64,000 nt of DNA from Candidatus Limnocylindria bacterium (GTDB taxonomy: Bacteria; Chloroflexota; Limnocylindria; QHBO01). Made by a program: the position numbers and the translations under genes. The notes under the pieces are model-generated. The model saw nothing but the letters and a program-made list of their open reading frames with translations. It had not been told where the DNA came from and searched no databases. The stretch is from positions 7,959-71,958 of the forward strand of contig DASSTC010000029.1 in NCBI GenBank assembly GCA_035708065.1. Direction: 5' to 3'. Below, piece by piece: positions 1 to 8,955 of this stretch; position 1 is the stretch's first letter, and the number at the start of each line of letters is the position of its first letter.

Positions 1-1
1 T

Positions 2-565
2 CGCCAGATCCAGGCCGGTGACGCCAGCCAGACGAGCGCCGAGCAGCTGAACAACCTGATCCAGACCGATGCGGCCATCAACCCCGGCAACTCGGGCGGT
101 CCGCTCGTCGACAGCGGTGGCAACGTGATCGGCATCAACACCGCGGTGTCCAACAACGCGCAGGGCATCGGCTTCGCCATCCCGGTCGACGTCGCGAAGC
201 CGATCATGCAGCAGGCAGCGGCCGGCAAGCCGATCGCGCGTCCGTGGATCGGCGTCTACTACCAGCAGATCACCAAGCAGCTGGCCGCCGAGAAGAACCT
301 GCCGGTCGACCAGGGCGTCCTCATCGAGCCGCCGCGGGAAGGCACGCCGGCGGTCTTCCCGGGCAGCCCGGCCGCCAACGCCGGCCTGGCGGATGGCGAC
401 GTCGTCGTGGCGGTCGATGGCCAGAAGCTCGACATGACCCACGACCTGTCGGCCCTGATCCTGCCGCACGAGCCGGGCGACACGGTCACGCTGCGGGTGC
501 TGCGCCGCGACAGCACCTCCGAGGTCGAGGTCACGCTCGGCACGCTGCCGAACCAGAACAGCTGA
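2..565 (+). CDS. HtrA/DegP-family serine protease, C-terminal part (5' end outside window)
   Basis: Frame is open from the window edge. Translation carries the trypsin-fold catalytic-Ser box [16 protein letters not shown], followed by a PDZ-like segment ([20 protein letters not shown]). Confidence 0.85.
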   Translation, partial: RQIQAGDASQTSAEQLNNLIQTDAAINPGNSGGPLVDSGGNVIGINTAVSNNAQGIGFAIPVDVAKPIMQQAAAGKPIARPWIGVYYQQITKQLAAEKNLPVDQGVLIEPPREGTPAVFPGSPAANAGLADGDVVVAVDGQKLDMTHDLSALILPHEPGDTVTLRVLRRDSTSEVEVTLGTLPNQNS

Positions 566-689
566 GACGCAGCCGGCCACGCTCATGTGCGTCGTTACGG
601 GCTCCGTTCAGGGCTCGCCGACGCGGTTAGTGCGCACGAGGGCGACATTTGGGCGTTCGAGGACGAGCCGCCCGCCCTCGTGGCCAGTG

Positions 690-852
690 GGTGGCTCTAT
701 CGGCGATCGAGCAGCGGGTCGAGGCCCGGGACCCCGCGTTCGGCCGTCAATATCGCCAGCCGGTGGCTGCATCAGTGGCTGAGACGGACCGTTCGGTCGT
801 TGAGGCCCCGATTCCTGCGCTTCAGGCCTCCTTGTTCGTCGATAGAGCCGCC
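690..852. repeat. Copy 1 of an inverted-repeat-bounded ~140-165 bp element (MITE-like or structured RNA); copy 2 at 62586-62726
   Basis: The termini GGTGGCTCTATCGGCGATCGAGC and CTTGTTCGTCGATAGAGCCGCC are inverted repeats. Internal blocks (ATATCGCCAGCCGGTGGCT, GATTCCTGCGCTTCAGGC) are colinear with the 62.6 kb copy. The element overlaps the last ~30 nt of the folB ORF. Confidence 0.6.
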
Positions 853-1235
853 TGCTGGCTCCGACCCGCGCGACCGAGGCAGACCTCCACCGTCTCGAAC
901 GATCCAGGCAGCGGCGCGTTGGGCTTGCGCACTCGCACCTCGATGCTCGCCACCCGCGGCTGCGCGGCGAGCACCGCGTCGATCACCGCGCCGGCCAGCG
1001 CCTCGATGAGCCGGAAGCTGCGCTGTTCGACGACCTCCTGCACCTGGCCGAAGACGGCCGAGTAGTCAACGGTGTCCGCGAGTTCGTCGCTGGAGGCGGC
1101 CATCGCGAGGTCGGCCCACATCGTCACGTCGACCTCGAACGGCTGCGGCTCCATGCGCTCCTCGAGCGTGACGCCGTGGCGTCCAAGGAAGCGCATCCCG
1201 TGCAGCGTGATGCGGTCGTGCGAGGGGCGGCTCAT
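822..1235 (-). CDS. folB: Dihydroneopterin aldolase
   Basis: 137-aa ORF with a FolB-like N-terminus (ITLHGMRFLGRHGVTLEERMEPQPFEVDV). Its start overlaps the folP stop (ATGA, 1232-1235). Confidence 0.85.
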   Translation of the reverse strand: MSRPSHDRITLHGMRFLGRHGVTLEERMEPQPFEVDVTMWADLAMAASSDELADTVDYSAVFGQVQEVVEQRSFRLIEALAGAVIDAVLAAQPRVASIEVRVRKPNAPLPGSFETVEVCLGRAGRSQQAALSTNKEA

Positions 1236-2086
1236 CCCCGCAGTCTGACGATCGCGTCGGCGACGCGCACCGTCCGCGCGATGTGCTCGACGTCGTGGAC
1301 GCGGACCGCGTCAGCGCCCTGCGCGATCGCCAGGGCCACCGTCGCGGCGGTTCCCTCGACCCGCTCGGCCGGCGGCACGCCCCCCAGGATCTCGCCGATG
1401 AACCGTTTGCGGCTGGTCCCGACCAGCATCGGCAGCCCGCCCAGCGCGGCCTTCAGCTCTCCGAGCCGATGCAGCAGCTCGATCGAATGCTCCGGCTTCT
1501 TGCCGAAGCCGATCCCCGGGTCGACCAGCAGCCGATCGCGAGGCACGCCGGCGGCGACGGCGGCATCGATCGCACGCGTCAGCCAAACGACGACCTCGTC
1601 GAAGACGCCGTGCTCGTAGTGCGCGCGCTCCTGGTTGTGCATCAGCACCAGGTGGGCGCCACGCTCGGCCGCCGCCGTGGCGGTTTCCGGGTCACGTCGT
1701 GCGGCCCACACGTCGTTGACCATCCGCGCCCCGGCGGCCAGCGCCGCCCGCGCCACGTCGCCCTTCGACGTGTCGATGCTGACCAGCGCGCGGTCGCCCA
1801 CCTCGCGCACCAGCGCCGCGACCACCGGCGCCGCCAGCGAGATCTCGGTTGCGGCATCCACCTCGGGATGCTCGCCATAGACCGATGCCGGCCGCGTCGA
1901 CTCCGCTCCCACGTCCAGGATGTCGGCTCCCGCCTCCACGAAGGCGCGTGCCTGCGCCAGCGCGGTGGCGACGACCTCGTTCGTGCTGCGTCCCTCGGGC
2001 GCGATGCCGTCGCCGGAGAACGAGTCGGGCGTGACGTTGATGATTCCCATGAGGTACGTCTTCTCGCCCCAGCGCAGGCTGGTCAT
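1232..2086 (-). CDS. folP: Dihydropteroate synthase
   Basis: Only the C-terminal 284 aa of the 515-aa ORF look real (MTSLRWGEKTYLMGIINVTPDSFSGDG...VDPGIGFGK). The upstream part is Arg-rich and overlaps folC. The ATG at 2084-2086 overlaps the folC stop. Confidence 0.9.
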   Translation of the reverse strand: MTSLRWGEKTYLMGIINVTPDSFSGDGIAPEGRSTNEVVATALAQARAFVEAGADILDVGAESTRPASVYGEHPEVDAATEISLAAPVVAALVREVGDRALVSIDTSKGDVARAALAAGARMVNDVWAARRDPETATAAAERGAHLVLMHNQERAHYEHGVFDEVVVWLTRAIDAAVAAGVPRDRLLVDPGIGFGKKPEHSIELLHRLGELKAALGGLPMLVGTSRKRFIGEILGGVPPAERVEGTAATVALAIAQGADAVRVHDVEHIARTVRVADAIVRLRG

Positions 2087-3405
2087 GTCGCCTCCGCCTC
2101 CCCTAGGAGCAGGCCGCGCAGCGCGCCGACGAGGTAGAGCGAGCCCGCAACGACGATCGGCTGGTCGCGGGCGCCGAGCGTTGCGGCCATGCGCAGTGCC
2201 GCTTCCGGCGGCGACCCCGTGCGTGCGCGACGTCCGGTCAGCCGCTGCCACAACGTCGCCAGCTCGGCGGGCGGCAGCGCGCCGTGGTCGTCGACCGCGG
2301 TGAAGATCGGTGTCGGCTCGAGCTCGGCGAGGGCGCCGAGGATCGCGTTCACCCGCTTGCCGCGCATGGCGCCGAAGACGATCGCCGGCCGCCGCATGCC
2401 GAGCTCGCGCAGCGCAGCCGTCAGGGCGCGGGCACCGGCCGGGTTGTGCGCCCCGTCGAGCAGGACGCGTCCGATGCCCAGTCGCGACCCGTCGACGAGC
2501 TCCAGCCTGCCCGGCCACTCGGCCGCGGCGAAGCCGCGCCGCACGTCGTCCTCGCTGAAGCGGGTTCCGTGGCGCTCGCGCAGGGCATCGAGCAGGGCCA
2601 GCGCCACGGCCGCGTTGTCGGCTTGGTGCCCGCCGAGCAGCCCGATCCGCAGGTCGCGCAGCTCGCCGTCGGGCGTGATGGCGTCGGCCAGCAGGCCGTG
2701 CCAGCCGGCGTCGCGCAGCATGACGCGATACGGCCGGCGCGGGCCGGCGCGTCGCAGCGGGACCTCGAGCGCGGCGCATCGGTCCAGGATCGGGCGCAGC
2801 CCGCGGCCGGAGGCGCCGGTGACCGCGAGGTCGCCACGCTCGATGATCGCGGCCTTCTCGCGCCCGATGGCGGCAAGCGTCGAGCCGAGGTAGCGCTCGT
2901 GGTCCTTCTGCACGTTGGTGATCGCCGCCACGCCGAGGTCGGCGGCATGCGTGGCGTCAAGCCGGCCGCCGAGGCCGACCTCCACCAGCGCGACGTCGAC
3001 CGACGACCGCGCCAGCTCGGCGTAGGCGGCGGCGGTCAGCACCTCGAACTCGGTCGGCGGGCCGAGCCGGCCAGCCACCGAATCCACGGCCGGAAGCACG
3101 CGCTCGATCGCGGCGGCAAAGCGATCCTCCCCCAGCGCCTCGCCGTTGATCGCGATGCGCTCGCGGTAGGCGACGAGGTGCGGCTTCGGCATGGTGCCGA
3201 CGCGGTGACCGGCCGCCTGGAGCACCGCGCGACTGAGCGCCACGACGCTGCCCTTGCCATTCGTGCCGCCGACCAGCGCCCCATGCAGTGCGCGTTCGGG
3301 ATGGTCGAGCTCGTCGAGGATCGCGCGGATCCGATCCAGGCCAAGGCTGATGCCGAAGCGACCCCGCGCACGGAGGGCGTCGACCGCATCGGCGTAGGTC
3401 AGCAC
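2083..3405 (-). CDS. folC: Bifunctional folylpolyglutamate synthase/dihydrofolate synthase
   Basis: 440-aa ORF with a Mur-ligase-type P-loop (VGGTNGKGSV) and a FolC-like N-terminus. GTG start. Confidence 0.85.
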   Translation of the reverse strand: MLTYADAVDALRARGRFGISLGLDRIRAILDELDHPERALHGALVGGTNGKGSVVALSRAVLQAAGHRVGTMPKPHLVAYRERIAINGEALGEDRFAAAIERVLPAVDSVAGRLGPPTEFEVLTAAAYAELARSSVDVALVEVGLGGRLDATHAADLGVAAITNVQKDHERYLGSTLAAIGREKAAIIERGDLAVTGASGRGLRPILDRCAALEVPLRRAGPRRPYRVMLRDAGWHGLLADAITPDGELRDLRIGLLGGHQADNAAVALALLDALRERHGTRFSEDDVRRGFAAAEWPGRLELVDGSRLGIGRVLLDGAHNPAGARALTAALRELGMRRPAIVFGAMRGKRVNAILGALAELEPTPIFTAVDDHGALPPAELATLWQRLTGRRARTGSPPEAALRMAATLGARDQPIVVAGSLYLVGALRGLLLGEAEAT

Positions 3406-3418
3406 GCCGGGCGCCGGG

Positions 3419-3982
3419 TCAGTCGGCAGCGTCGTCCTCGTAGAAGACGCAGTCGTTGAACTGGCCGGTCAGGCACAGGTCGGTGACGTAACCGGTGTCG
3501 AGGTGCACGCCGGGGCGCAGCTCGCATCGGCTGACGATCCCCTCCTGCTTCATGAGCGTGCGCAGCATCTGTGGCGCCTGGATCGGGACCCGGCCCTTCG
3601 AGCCGTTGGTCAGGTAGAAGTGCGGGCAGGTGTGGCGTCGCGGGCGGCCGTAGCCGAGCGGCACGCCACGACGGCCGACGTGGACGGTGAGCGGCGGCTT
3701 CTCGATCCCAGCGAAGCGCTTCTCGGCGATGACGCAGCGACCGGGCTCGCACTCCTTGTCGTTGTAGCAGCACGCGCGCTCCGGGCCGACACCCTCGACC
3801 GCCCACAGCTCCCAGCAGGGACGGCGCAGGATGAAGGCCGGGCACCGATAGCGGATGGTGAGATCGCAGTTCTCGACCTCCCAGCACATCTGGCGTCGAT
3901 CGGCCTCGCGGCGATCCGGCGCGAATGGATCGACGCCCTGGCGTCGATCGGTACCCCTCCGTCGCTCGGTCTTGATGATCAT
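3419..3982 (-). CDS. Cysteine-rich hypothetical protein with N-terminal DRR repeats and a two-CW-like motif
   Basis: Start chosen at MIIKTERRRGTDRR (ATG 3980-3982, GGAGGG upstream). The protein has 12 Cys, including CWEVENC...CPAF...PCWELW. It lies 13 nt upstream of folC on the same strand. Confidence 0.55.
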   Translation of the reverse strand: MIIKTERRRGTDRRQGVDPFAPDRREADRRQMCWEVENCDLTIRYRCPAFILRRPCWELWAVEGVGPERACCYNDKECEPGRCVIAEKRFAGIEKPPLTVHVGRRGVPLGYGRPRRHTCPHFYLTNGSKGRVPIQAPQMLRTLMKQEGIVSRCELRPGVHLDTGYVTDLCLTGQFNDCVFYEDDAAD

Positions 3983-4094
3983 GGGCGCGCTGGTGAATTC
4001 CCTCCGTTCACGTCGCGGAGTGTAGCGGCGTCCGCCCGGCCATGAGCGATGCCGGCCGTTGGGCCGGCCGGCATGTGGCGAACGCGGCACGGAG

Positions 4095-4415
4095 CTAGAG
4101 GAATCGGCTGAGGCGTTCCTCCATCGACTCCTGCGGCATGTAGCCGACCAAGCGGGTCGCCTCCGTGCCATTCTTGAACAGGATCAGGGTGGGGATGCTG
4201 AAGATGCTGTAGCGCATCGCCAGCTGCTGGTTCTCGTCGGTGTTGACCTTGGCGACGTGCAGCTTTTCTGCATGGCTCTCGCCGAAGCTCTCGACCACCG
4301 GCGACACCATGCGACATGGGCCGCACCACGGCGCCCAGAAGTCGACCAGCACCGGCTTGTCGCTGCCGAGCACTTCGGCGTCGAAGCTCGTTTCGTCAAC
4401 CGTTATCGGTGACAT
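4095..4415 (-). CDS. trxA: Thioredoxin
   Basis: 106 aa with a WCGPC active site. AAGGAGG Shine-Dalgarno upstream. Confidence 0.95.
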   Translation of the reverse strand: MSPITVDETSFDAEVLGSDKPVLVDFWAPWCGPCRMVSPVVESFGESHAEKLHVAKVNTDENQQLAMRYSIFSIPTLILFKNGTEATRLVGYMPQESMEERLSRFL

Positions 4416-4517
4416 GGGTTGAAGTTCAGGACCTCCTTGAGGGTCAAAGGACGCTGGGCATGATAGACCGATGCGCCCGCGGCCTCCTCCGAGCGGCCCT
4501 CACGGAAGGGCCGTTCC

Positions 4518-6143
4518 TCAGGTGGCGGTCGGTCCCGGGGTCGGCGTCGGTGGCTCAGGCGTCGGCGTGGGTGCGGGCGTGGGTGCCGGCGTGGGCTCAG
4601 GCGTGGGCTCAGGTGTCGGGCTGGGCGTCGGGCCGAGCGACAGCACGACGTCGACCGGCGTGTCGGCCGGGACCGGGCTGCCGACGACCGGCGTCGTGCG
4701 AATGACCGTTCCCTCGGCGTCCGCGCTGTTCTCGCGGGTCACGTTGCCAAGCCGCAAGCCGGCTGCCTCGAGGTTCGCGCGGGCGGTCTGCAGGTCCTGG
4801 CCGATGATCGGCGGTACGTTGACATCGCCCTTCCCGCTGCTCGCGATGATCGTCACCGTGTCGCCGTCGGCGACTGTGCTGCCGGCCGGCGGATCGGTGC
4901 GGATCACGCGCCCCTCCTCGACGGTGTCGCTCGCCTCGGAGGGTCCGACCCTGACCGTCAGCGACGGGCCGAGGCCGTTCAGCGCCTGGCGCGCCTCGGT
5001 GATCGTCTTGCCCTCGAGTGGCGGAATGGTCGCGGTCTGCGCCGATGGGCTCGGCGTGGTCGACGGTGAGCCGAGGCCGGAGAAGACCTGCGCGGCGAGG
5101 AAGCCGATCGTGCCGAGCAGCACGATCGCCAGCAGCGCCAGCAGCCAGATCCACCACGGCTGCCCATCGCGACGGCGCTCGGTCATCACCGGCCGATACG
5201 GCGGCGGCGCGACCGGTGCCCGATCCGATGGCCGGGCGACCCGCGGCGGGACATAGACCGTCGGCTCACCGCGCGGCGGCAGCGCGGCGACGGCCGCGGC
5301 CGGCACCTCGTCGGGCTGCTTCTGCCAGGCGCGCAGCGCCTCGGCGAACGATCCGGCATCCGGGAAGCGGCGTGAGGGGTCGCGCTCGAGTGCGCGCATC
5401 ACCACCGCGACGAGTCCCGGCGGCAGCTCGGGGCGGTAGCGCGTTGGCGGCGGCGGCTCCTCGTTGAGCCGTTTGAGCGCCACGCCCGCCGCCGAGTCGC
5501 CCTCGAACGGGCGGCGCCCGGTGAGCATCTCGTAGAGCACGATGCCCAGCGAGTACACGTCGGAGGCGCCGGTGACCTCGTCGCCGCGCGCCTGCTCCGG
5601 GCTGAAGTAATGCACCGACCCGAGCGTCGTGCCGGTCACCGTCATCGACGTCTCGCTCACGGCCCGCGCGATGCCGAAGTCGGTGACCTTCACCTCGCCG
5701 TCGTCGGTGATCAGGATGTTGCCCGGCTTCACGTCACGGTGGACGATCCCGCGACGGTGCGCCGCCTCGAGCGCCGAGGCGACGCCGACCGCCACGCGCA
5801 CCGCGTCGTCGATCGACAGCGTGCCGCGGTCGCGCAGCAGCGTCGACAGGTCCTGGCCGTCGACCAGCTGCATGACGATGTACTGGCCGTCGTCCTCCGG
5901 ATCGGTGCCGTAGTCGTAGACCGAGACGATGTTCGGGTGGGCAAGCGACCCGGCCGCGCGCGCCTCCTGCTTGAAGCGCGCGGCGAAGCCCGGATCGGTG
6001 GAGTACTGCGGGCGGAGGATCTTGACCGCGACCTCGCGGTCGAGCTGCTCGTCTACGGCGCGCCACAGCGTGGCCATGCCGCCTTCGCCCAGCGGGGCGA
6101 TGAGGCGGTAGCGACCGCCGATCAGCCTGCCGATCATCTCCAC
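4518..6143 (-). CDS. Ser/Thr protein kinase with extracellular PASTA repeats (PknB-like)
   Basis: Kinase motifs are present (GGMATLWRA, VAVK, HRDVKPGNIL, DFG), followed by one TM segment, repeated PASTA-like units and a Pro/Thr-rich tail. The start may instead be the ATG at 6137. Confidence 0.9.
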   Translation of the reverse strand: MEMIGRLIGGRYRLIAPLGEGGMATLWRAVDEQLDREVAVKILRPQYSTDPGFAARFKQEARAAGSLAHPNIVSVYDYGTDPEDDGQYIVMQLVDGQDLSTLLRDRGTLSIDDAVRVAVGVASALEAAHRRGIVHRDVKPGNILITDDGEVKVTDFGIARAVSETSMTVTGTTLGSVHYFSPEQARGDEVTGASDVYSLGIVLYEMLTGRRPFEGDSAAGVALKRLNEEPPPPTRYRPELPPGLVAVVMRALERDPSRRFPDAGSFAEALRAWQKQPDEVPAAAVAALPPRGEPTVYVPPRVARPSDRAPVAPPPYRPVMTERRRDGQPWWIWLLALLAIVLLGTIGFLAAQVFSGLGSPSTTPSPSAQTATIPPLEGKTITEARQALNGLGPSLTVRVGPSEASDTVEEGRVIRTDPPAGSTVADGDTVTIIASSGKGDVNVPPIIGQDLQTARANLEAAGLRLGNVTRENSADAEGTVIRTTPVVGSPVPADTPVDVVLSLGPTPSPTPEPTPEPTPAPTPAPTPTPEPPTPTPGPTAT

Positions 6144-6221
6144 TCGGGTCTATCCCTTCTTGACGCGCGGCGTCCCGGACGGGGCACAGGGTAACCGCCG
6201 AGCGGCCTCGCCGCCGTGCGT

Positions 6222-7094
6222 TTAGTCGCGGACGTCGAGGCTCCGGATGTAGGCGCGGAACTCGTCCGCGTCCTCCGAGTCGAGGCCGACGGCCACGTTC
6301 GCCTCGAGCCAGCCGATGCGCGTGCCGGCATCGTGCCGCACGCCCTCGAACTGGTAGCCGAAGACCGGCTGCTCCTGCATCAGCATCTTGATCGCATCGG
6401 TCAGCTGGATCTCACCACCCGCACCGCGCTGGGTCTGCTCGAGCATGTCGAAGATCTTCGGGGTGAGGACGTACCGGCCGAGGACCGCCAGGTCCGAGGG
6501 CGCATCGGCGACCGCCGGCTTCTCGACGAGGTCGTTGATCTCGTACAGGCGGCCCTCGGAGTGGACCGTCTGGACGATGCCGTAGCGGGTGACCTCGTCG
6601 TGCGGGACGCGCTGGACCGCAACGACGCTGCCGCGGTGGTTGACGTGGGCGTCGATGAGCTGCTTGGTCACCGGCTCACCGCCGGGATTGAGCATCACGT
6701 CGTCCGACAGCAGGACCGCGAACGGCTCGTCACCGACCAGCTCCTTGGCCATGAGCACCGCGTGGCCCAGGCCGAGCTGCTCTTTCTGGTGGACGAAGGC
6801 GATCGGCCCGATCTCGCTGATGCGCCGAACCTGGCGCAGCATGTCGATGTCGCCGCGCTCCTCGAGCCATCGGTCGAGGGTCGGGTTGGAGTCGAAGTGG
6901 TCCTCGATGGCACTGCGTCCGGTGGCGATCACGATGATGATCTGCTCGATCCCCGATGCGACAGCCTCCTCGACGGCGTACTGGATGATCGGCTTGTCGA
7001 CCAGTGGCAGGACCTCTTTGGGGATCGCCTTGGTCGCGGGGAGGAAGCGGGTACCGAAGCCTGCGGCGGGCAGGACGGCTTTTCGGACGCGCAC
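6222..7094 (-). CDS. galU: UTP--glucose-1-phosphate uridylyltransferase
   Basis: N-terminus AVLPAAGFGTRFLPATKAIPKEVLP. GTG start with AGGAGA upstream. Confidence 0.9.
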   Translation of the reverse strand: MRVRKAVLPAAGFGTRFLPATKAIPKEVLPLVDKPIIQYAVEEAVASGIEQIIIVIATGRSAIEDHFDSNPTLDRWLEERGDIDMLRQVRRISEIGPIAFVHQKEQLGLGHAVLMAKELVGDEPFAVLLSDDVMLNPGGEPVTKQLIDAHVNHRGSVVAVQRVPHDEVTRYGIVQTVHSEGRLYEINDLVEKPAVADAPSDLAVLGRYVLTPKIFDMLEQTQRGAGGEIQLTDAIKMLMQEQPVFGYQFEGVRHDAGTRIGWLEANVAVGLDSEDADEFRAYIRSLDVRD

Positions 7095-7199
7095 GATGGT
7101 GATCAGTCTCCTAGCGTGTTGAGCGTGGGCGCAGCCGGTCTGATCGGCGTCATTGCATGCGGCACGCCGCGTCGTTCCGGGACGCCTGCGGGGGATTGA

Positions 7200-7208
7200 A
7201 GTATACCA
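7200..7208 (-). promoter_or_regulatory. Putative extended -10 promoter (TGGTATACT) for galU
   Basis: AT-rich TGGTATACT on the minus strand, ~105 nt upstream of the galU start. The identical 9-mer lies upstream of the IscA-like gene at 62403-62411. Confidence 0.4.
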
Positions 7209-7260
7209 AGCAGGCCGGTTCGGGCCCCGCCGGCCGTCTGGACGCTAGAATCGGATACCG

Positions 7261-7752
7261 ATGCTCCAGTCGCTCAAGCGCACCTTCCTCGGCCCCAGCC
7301 GCGATCCGCGGATGCTGGCCTACATCAGCCGTCCGCTCCCGCGCGACCTGCCCGACGACGATGTCGTGGCGGCGCTCGATATCGCGTTCCGACACAACCC
7401 CGATCCGGGCTACCTCGTCGAGACGCTGCGGCCGGCGCTGCTCGAGGTGACCGGGCACGACTACGAGGTCCTGGACCGATCCGTCCGTGACGTGACCGGT
7501 GCCTTCACCAAGACGATGGTCATGATCCGCGACGGCGACATCGGCCTGTGGCCCGGCTTCGCGGCACGCTCCTACCCGCTCATCCGGCCGAGCGACAAGA
7601 CGGCGGAGACGGCGACGGCCATCGCCGGAGCCGATGCGCCGCCACAGCGCAAGCCTGGCTGGGAGCCCCCTGCACCGACCACGCCGCAGGAGCGCGAGAC
7701 GATCGAGCACAGCGCGCCGCTGGTCGGCGGGCCCGACGGCGAGCACCAGTAG
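7261..7752 (+). CDS. Hypothetical protein
   Basis: 163-aa ORF with normal amino-acid composition. TAGAAT box 9 nt upstream and no SD. No family recognised. Confidence 0.5.
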   Translation: MLQSLKRTFLGPSRDPRMLAYISRPLPRDLPDDDVVAALDIAFRHNPDPGYLVETLRPALLEVTGHDYEVLDRSVRDVTGAFTKTMVMIRDGDIGLWPGFAARSYPLIRPSDKTAETATAIAGADAPPQRKPGWEPPAPTTPQERETIEHSAPLVGGPDGEHQ

Positions 7753-7769
7753 GCGGAACGAACAGCAGC

Positions 7770-7949
7770 ATGGCACGCCAGAACCTTCCGCGCGACCAGT
7801 GGCTCGAGATCGGCAGCGAATGCCCGCACTGCGGCGAACGGATCGGCGAGGATCTCGTGTATTCGCTGCGCCCGATCCCCGAGGACCCGAAACTCGCCCT
7901 GCTCTACTGCGCGAACTGCGGTCGAAGGATCGAGATCAACTTCGTCTGA
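7770..7949 (+). CDS. Small zinc-ribbon protein
   Basis: 59 aa from the internal ATG at 7770, with two CxxC pairs (CPHCGER...CANCGRR). The N-terminal part of the longer ORF is Arg-rich and overlaps the previous gene. Confidence 0.5.
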   Translation: MARQNLPRDQWLEIGSECPHCGERIGEDLVYSLRPIPEDPKLALLYCANCGRRIEINFV

Positions 7950-8006
7950 CGCGACGCGACCGACGTCAGCCTACGTGAATGCGGCCGCGCTTGGAGCCGG
8001 GCGGCG

Positions 8007-8083
8007 TGGTGCCCCCAAGGGGATTCGAACCCCTGATCTCCACCTTGAAAGGGTGGCGTCCTAGGCCTCTAGACGATGGGGGC
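8007..8083 (-). tRNA. tRNA-Glu (anticodon UUC), CCA encoded
   Basis: The reverse complement reads GCCCCCATCGTCTAGAGGCCTAGGACGCCACCCTTTCAAGGTGGAGATCAGGGGTTCGAATCCCCTTGGGGGCACCA. It has a 7-bp acceptor stem, the anticodon loop CTTTCAA and a GGTTCGAATCC T-loop. Confidence 0.95.
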
Positions 8084-8140
8084 ATGAGCTCCGTCCGCGT
8101 CAGATGCTACCAGCGCCGAACCGATGCCCCGGACCCATCG

Positions 8141-8452
8141 TCAGCCCAGGTAGAAGAGCAGCACCAGCATCACCGCGCCGGCCAGGGCACCGGCGGCCAT
8201 CACGATCATCAGCCCGCCGGCCAGCGCGATGGCCACCGACCGGCCCGCATCGCCGCGTCGAGCGACGCGCTGCGACCAGATCCAGCCCTGCACGAACAGG
8301 AAGATGCCGATCGCGGTCGCCATGAGCGCCGACGCGAGCATGGCCAGCACCGACAGGCTCGAGTTCGTGCCGAGCAGCGCCAGGGCGGAGAGTCCGCCGG
8401 CGATGAGCAGGCCGACGATGCCGATCACCAGGTTGCGCAGGAACGGATGCAT
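8141..8452 (-). CDS. Small integral membrane protein (3 predicted TM)
   Basis: 103 aa, dominated by hydrophobic stretches. No family recognised. Confidence 0.5.
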   Translation of the reverse strand: MHPFLRNLVIGIVGLLIAGGLSALALLGTNSSLSVLAMLASALMATAIGIFLFVQGWIWSQRVARRGDAGRSVAIALAGGLMIVMAAGALAGAVMLVLLFYLG

Positions 8453-8622
8453 GAGCGCGCCATTCTAGCCATGCAGCCGGGGCCCGCCGCACGGCGCATT
8501 CGGCCGGCGGCGAGACTGAGGAGGGTGCCGGCGCCTGCTTGCCCAGTCGCCGCGCGCCTGCTCTACGGGTACGCAACTTGCACCCGGCCGGCCAGTACCT
8601 GAGACGACTTTGGAGGCGCCTG

Positions 8623-8865
8623 ATGGCGGACACCGATAACGGCGGCATGAGCGTCCGCGAGGCGGGGCGCAAGGGCGGCAAGACGACGCGGCAGCGCTAC
8701 GGCGCCGAGTTCTACCAGGAGATCGGCCAGAAGGGCGGCAAGACCGTCAGCGAGCGCTACTCGCACGAGCATTTCCAGAACATCGGTCGCAAGGGCGGAC
8801 GCAAGGTCGCCGAGCTGATCGATCGCGCCAAGCGGATGGACGAGACCGGCAGCTCGTCGTCCTAG
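8623..8865 (+). CDS. KGG-repeat general stress protein (YciG-like)
   Basis: 80 aa from ATG 8623 (TGGAGG 7 nt upstream). Three repeats of the GxKGGKT/RKGGRK type (AGRKGGKTT, GQKGGKTV, GRKGGRKV). Confidence 0.75.
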   Translation: MADTDNGGMSVREAGRKGGKTTRQRYGAEFYQEIGQKGGKTVSERYSHEHFQNIGRKGGRKVAELIDRAKRMDETGSSSS

Positions 8866-8943
8866 GCGTCGATCACCTTCTTCCGCGAGCTGGACATGCG
8901 GCGGCGGCCGTCGCCCGGCCGATGCCACGGTCGAGCGGCTGGC

Positions 8944-8949
8944 TAGACT
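8944..8949 (+). promoter_or_regulatory. -10-like box TAGACT, 6 nt upstream of the ligase GTG (leaderless-type arrangement)
   Basis: TAGACT-N6-GTG with no purine-rich SD in the gap. Confidence 0.35.
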
Positions 8950-8955
8950 CGACTG

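Noticed and set aside
1232-2779. N-terminal extensions of ORF-track entries (folP to 2779, Wzy-like to 18167, alr to 51962, lipoprotein to 26936, ykoE to 27456, and others).
   Set aside because: The extensions are Arg-rich, overlap the upstream gene's real coding frame and lack homology-like motifs. Internal ATG/GTG codons that overlap the upstream stop give products of family-typical length.
4530-4640. Hexanucleotide-like DNA periodicity (GGCGTGGGTGCC...). Similar tracts at 20550-20620, 21070-21140 and 40010-40140.
   Set aside because: These are the coding strands or complements of Pro/Thr/Ser/Ala-rich linker peptides in the kinase, the lipoprotein and the PBP. They are low-complexity coding sequence rather than independent repeat elements.
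4471-5256. 261-aa plus-strand ORF whose ATG sits inside the GCGCATCGGTCT motif.
   Set aside because: It is antisense to the PASTA and Pro/Thr-rich tail of the kinase. Its translation is low-complexity (GVG repeats mirroring the PT codons). The motif is better explained as part of the trxA upstream region.
7261-8140. tRNA-Glu flank as a possible integration site or genomic islet.
   Set aside because: There is no integrase, no direct repeat of the tRNA 3' end and no compositional break visible around the tRNA.
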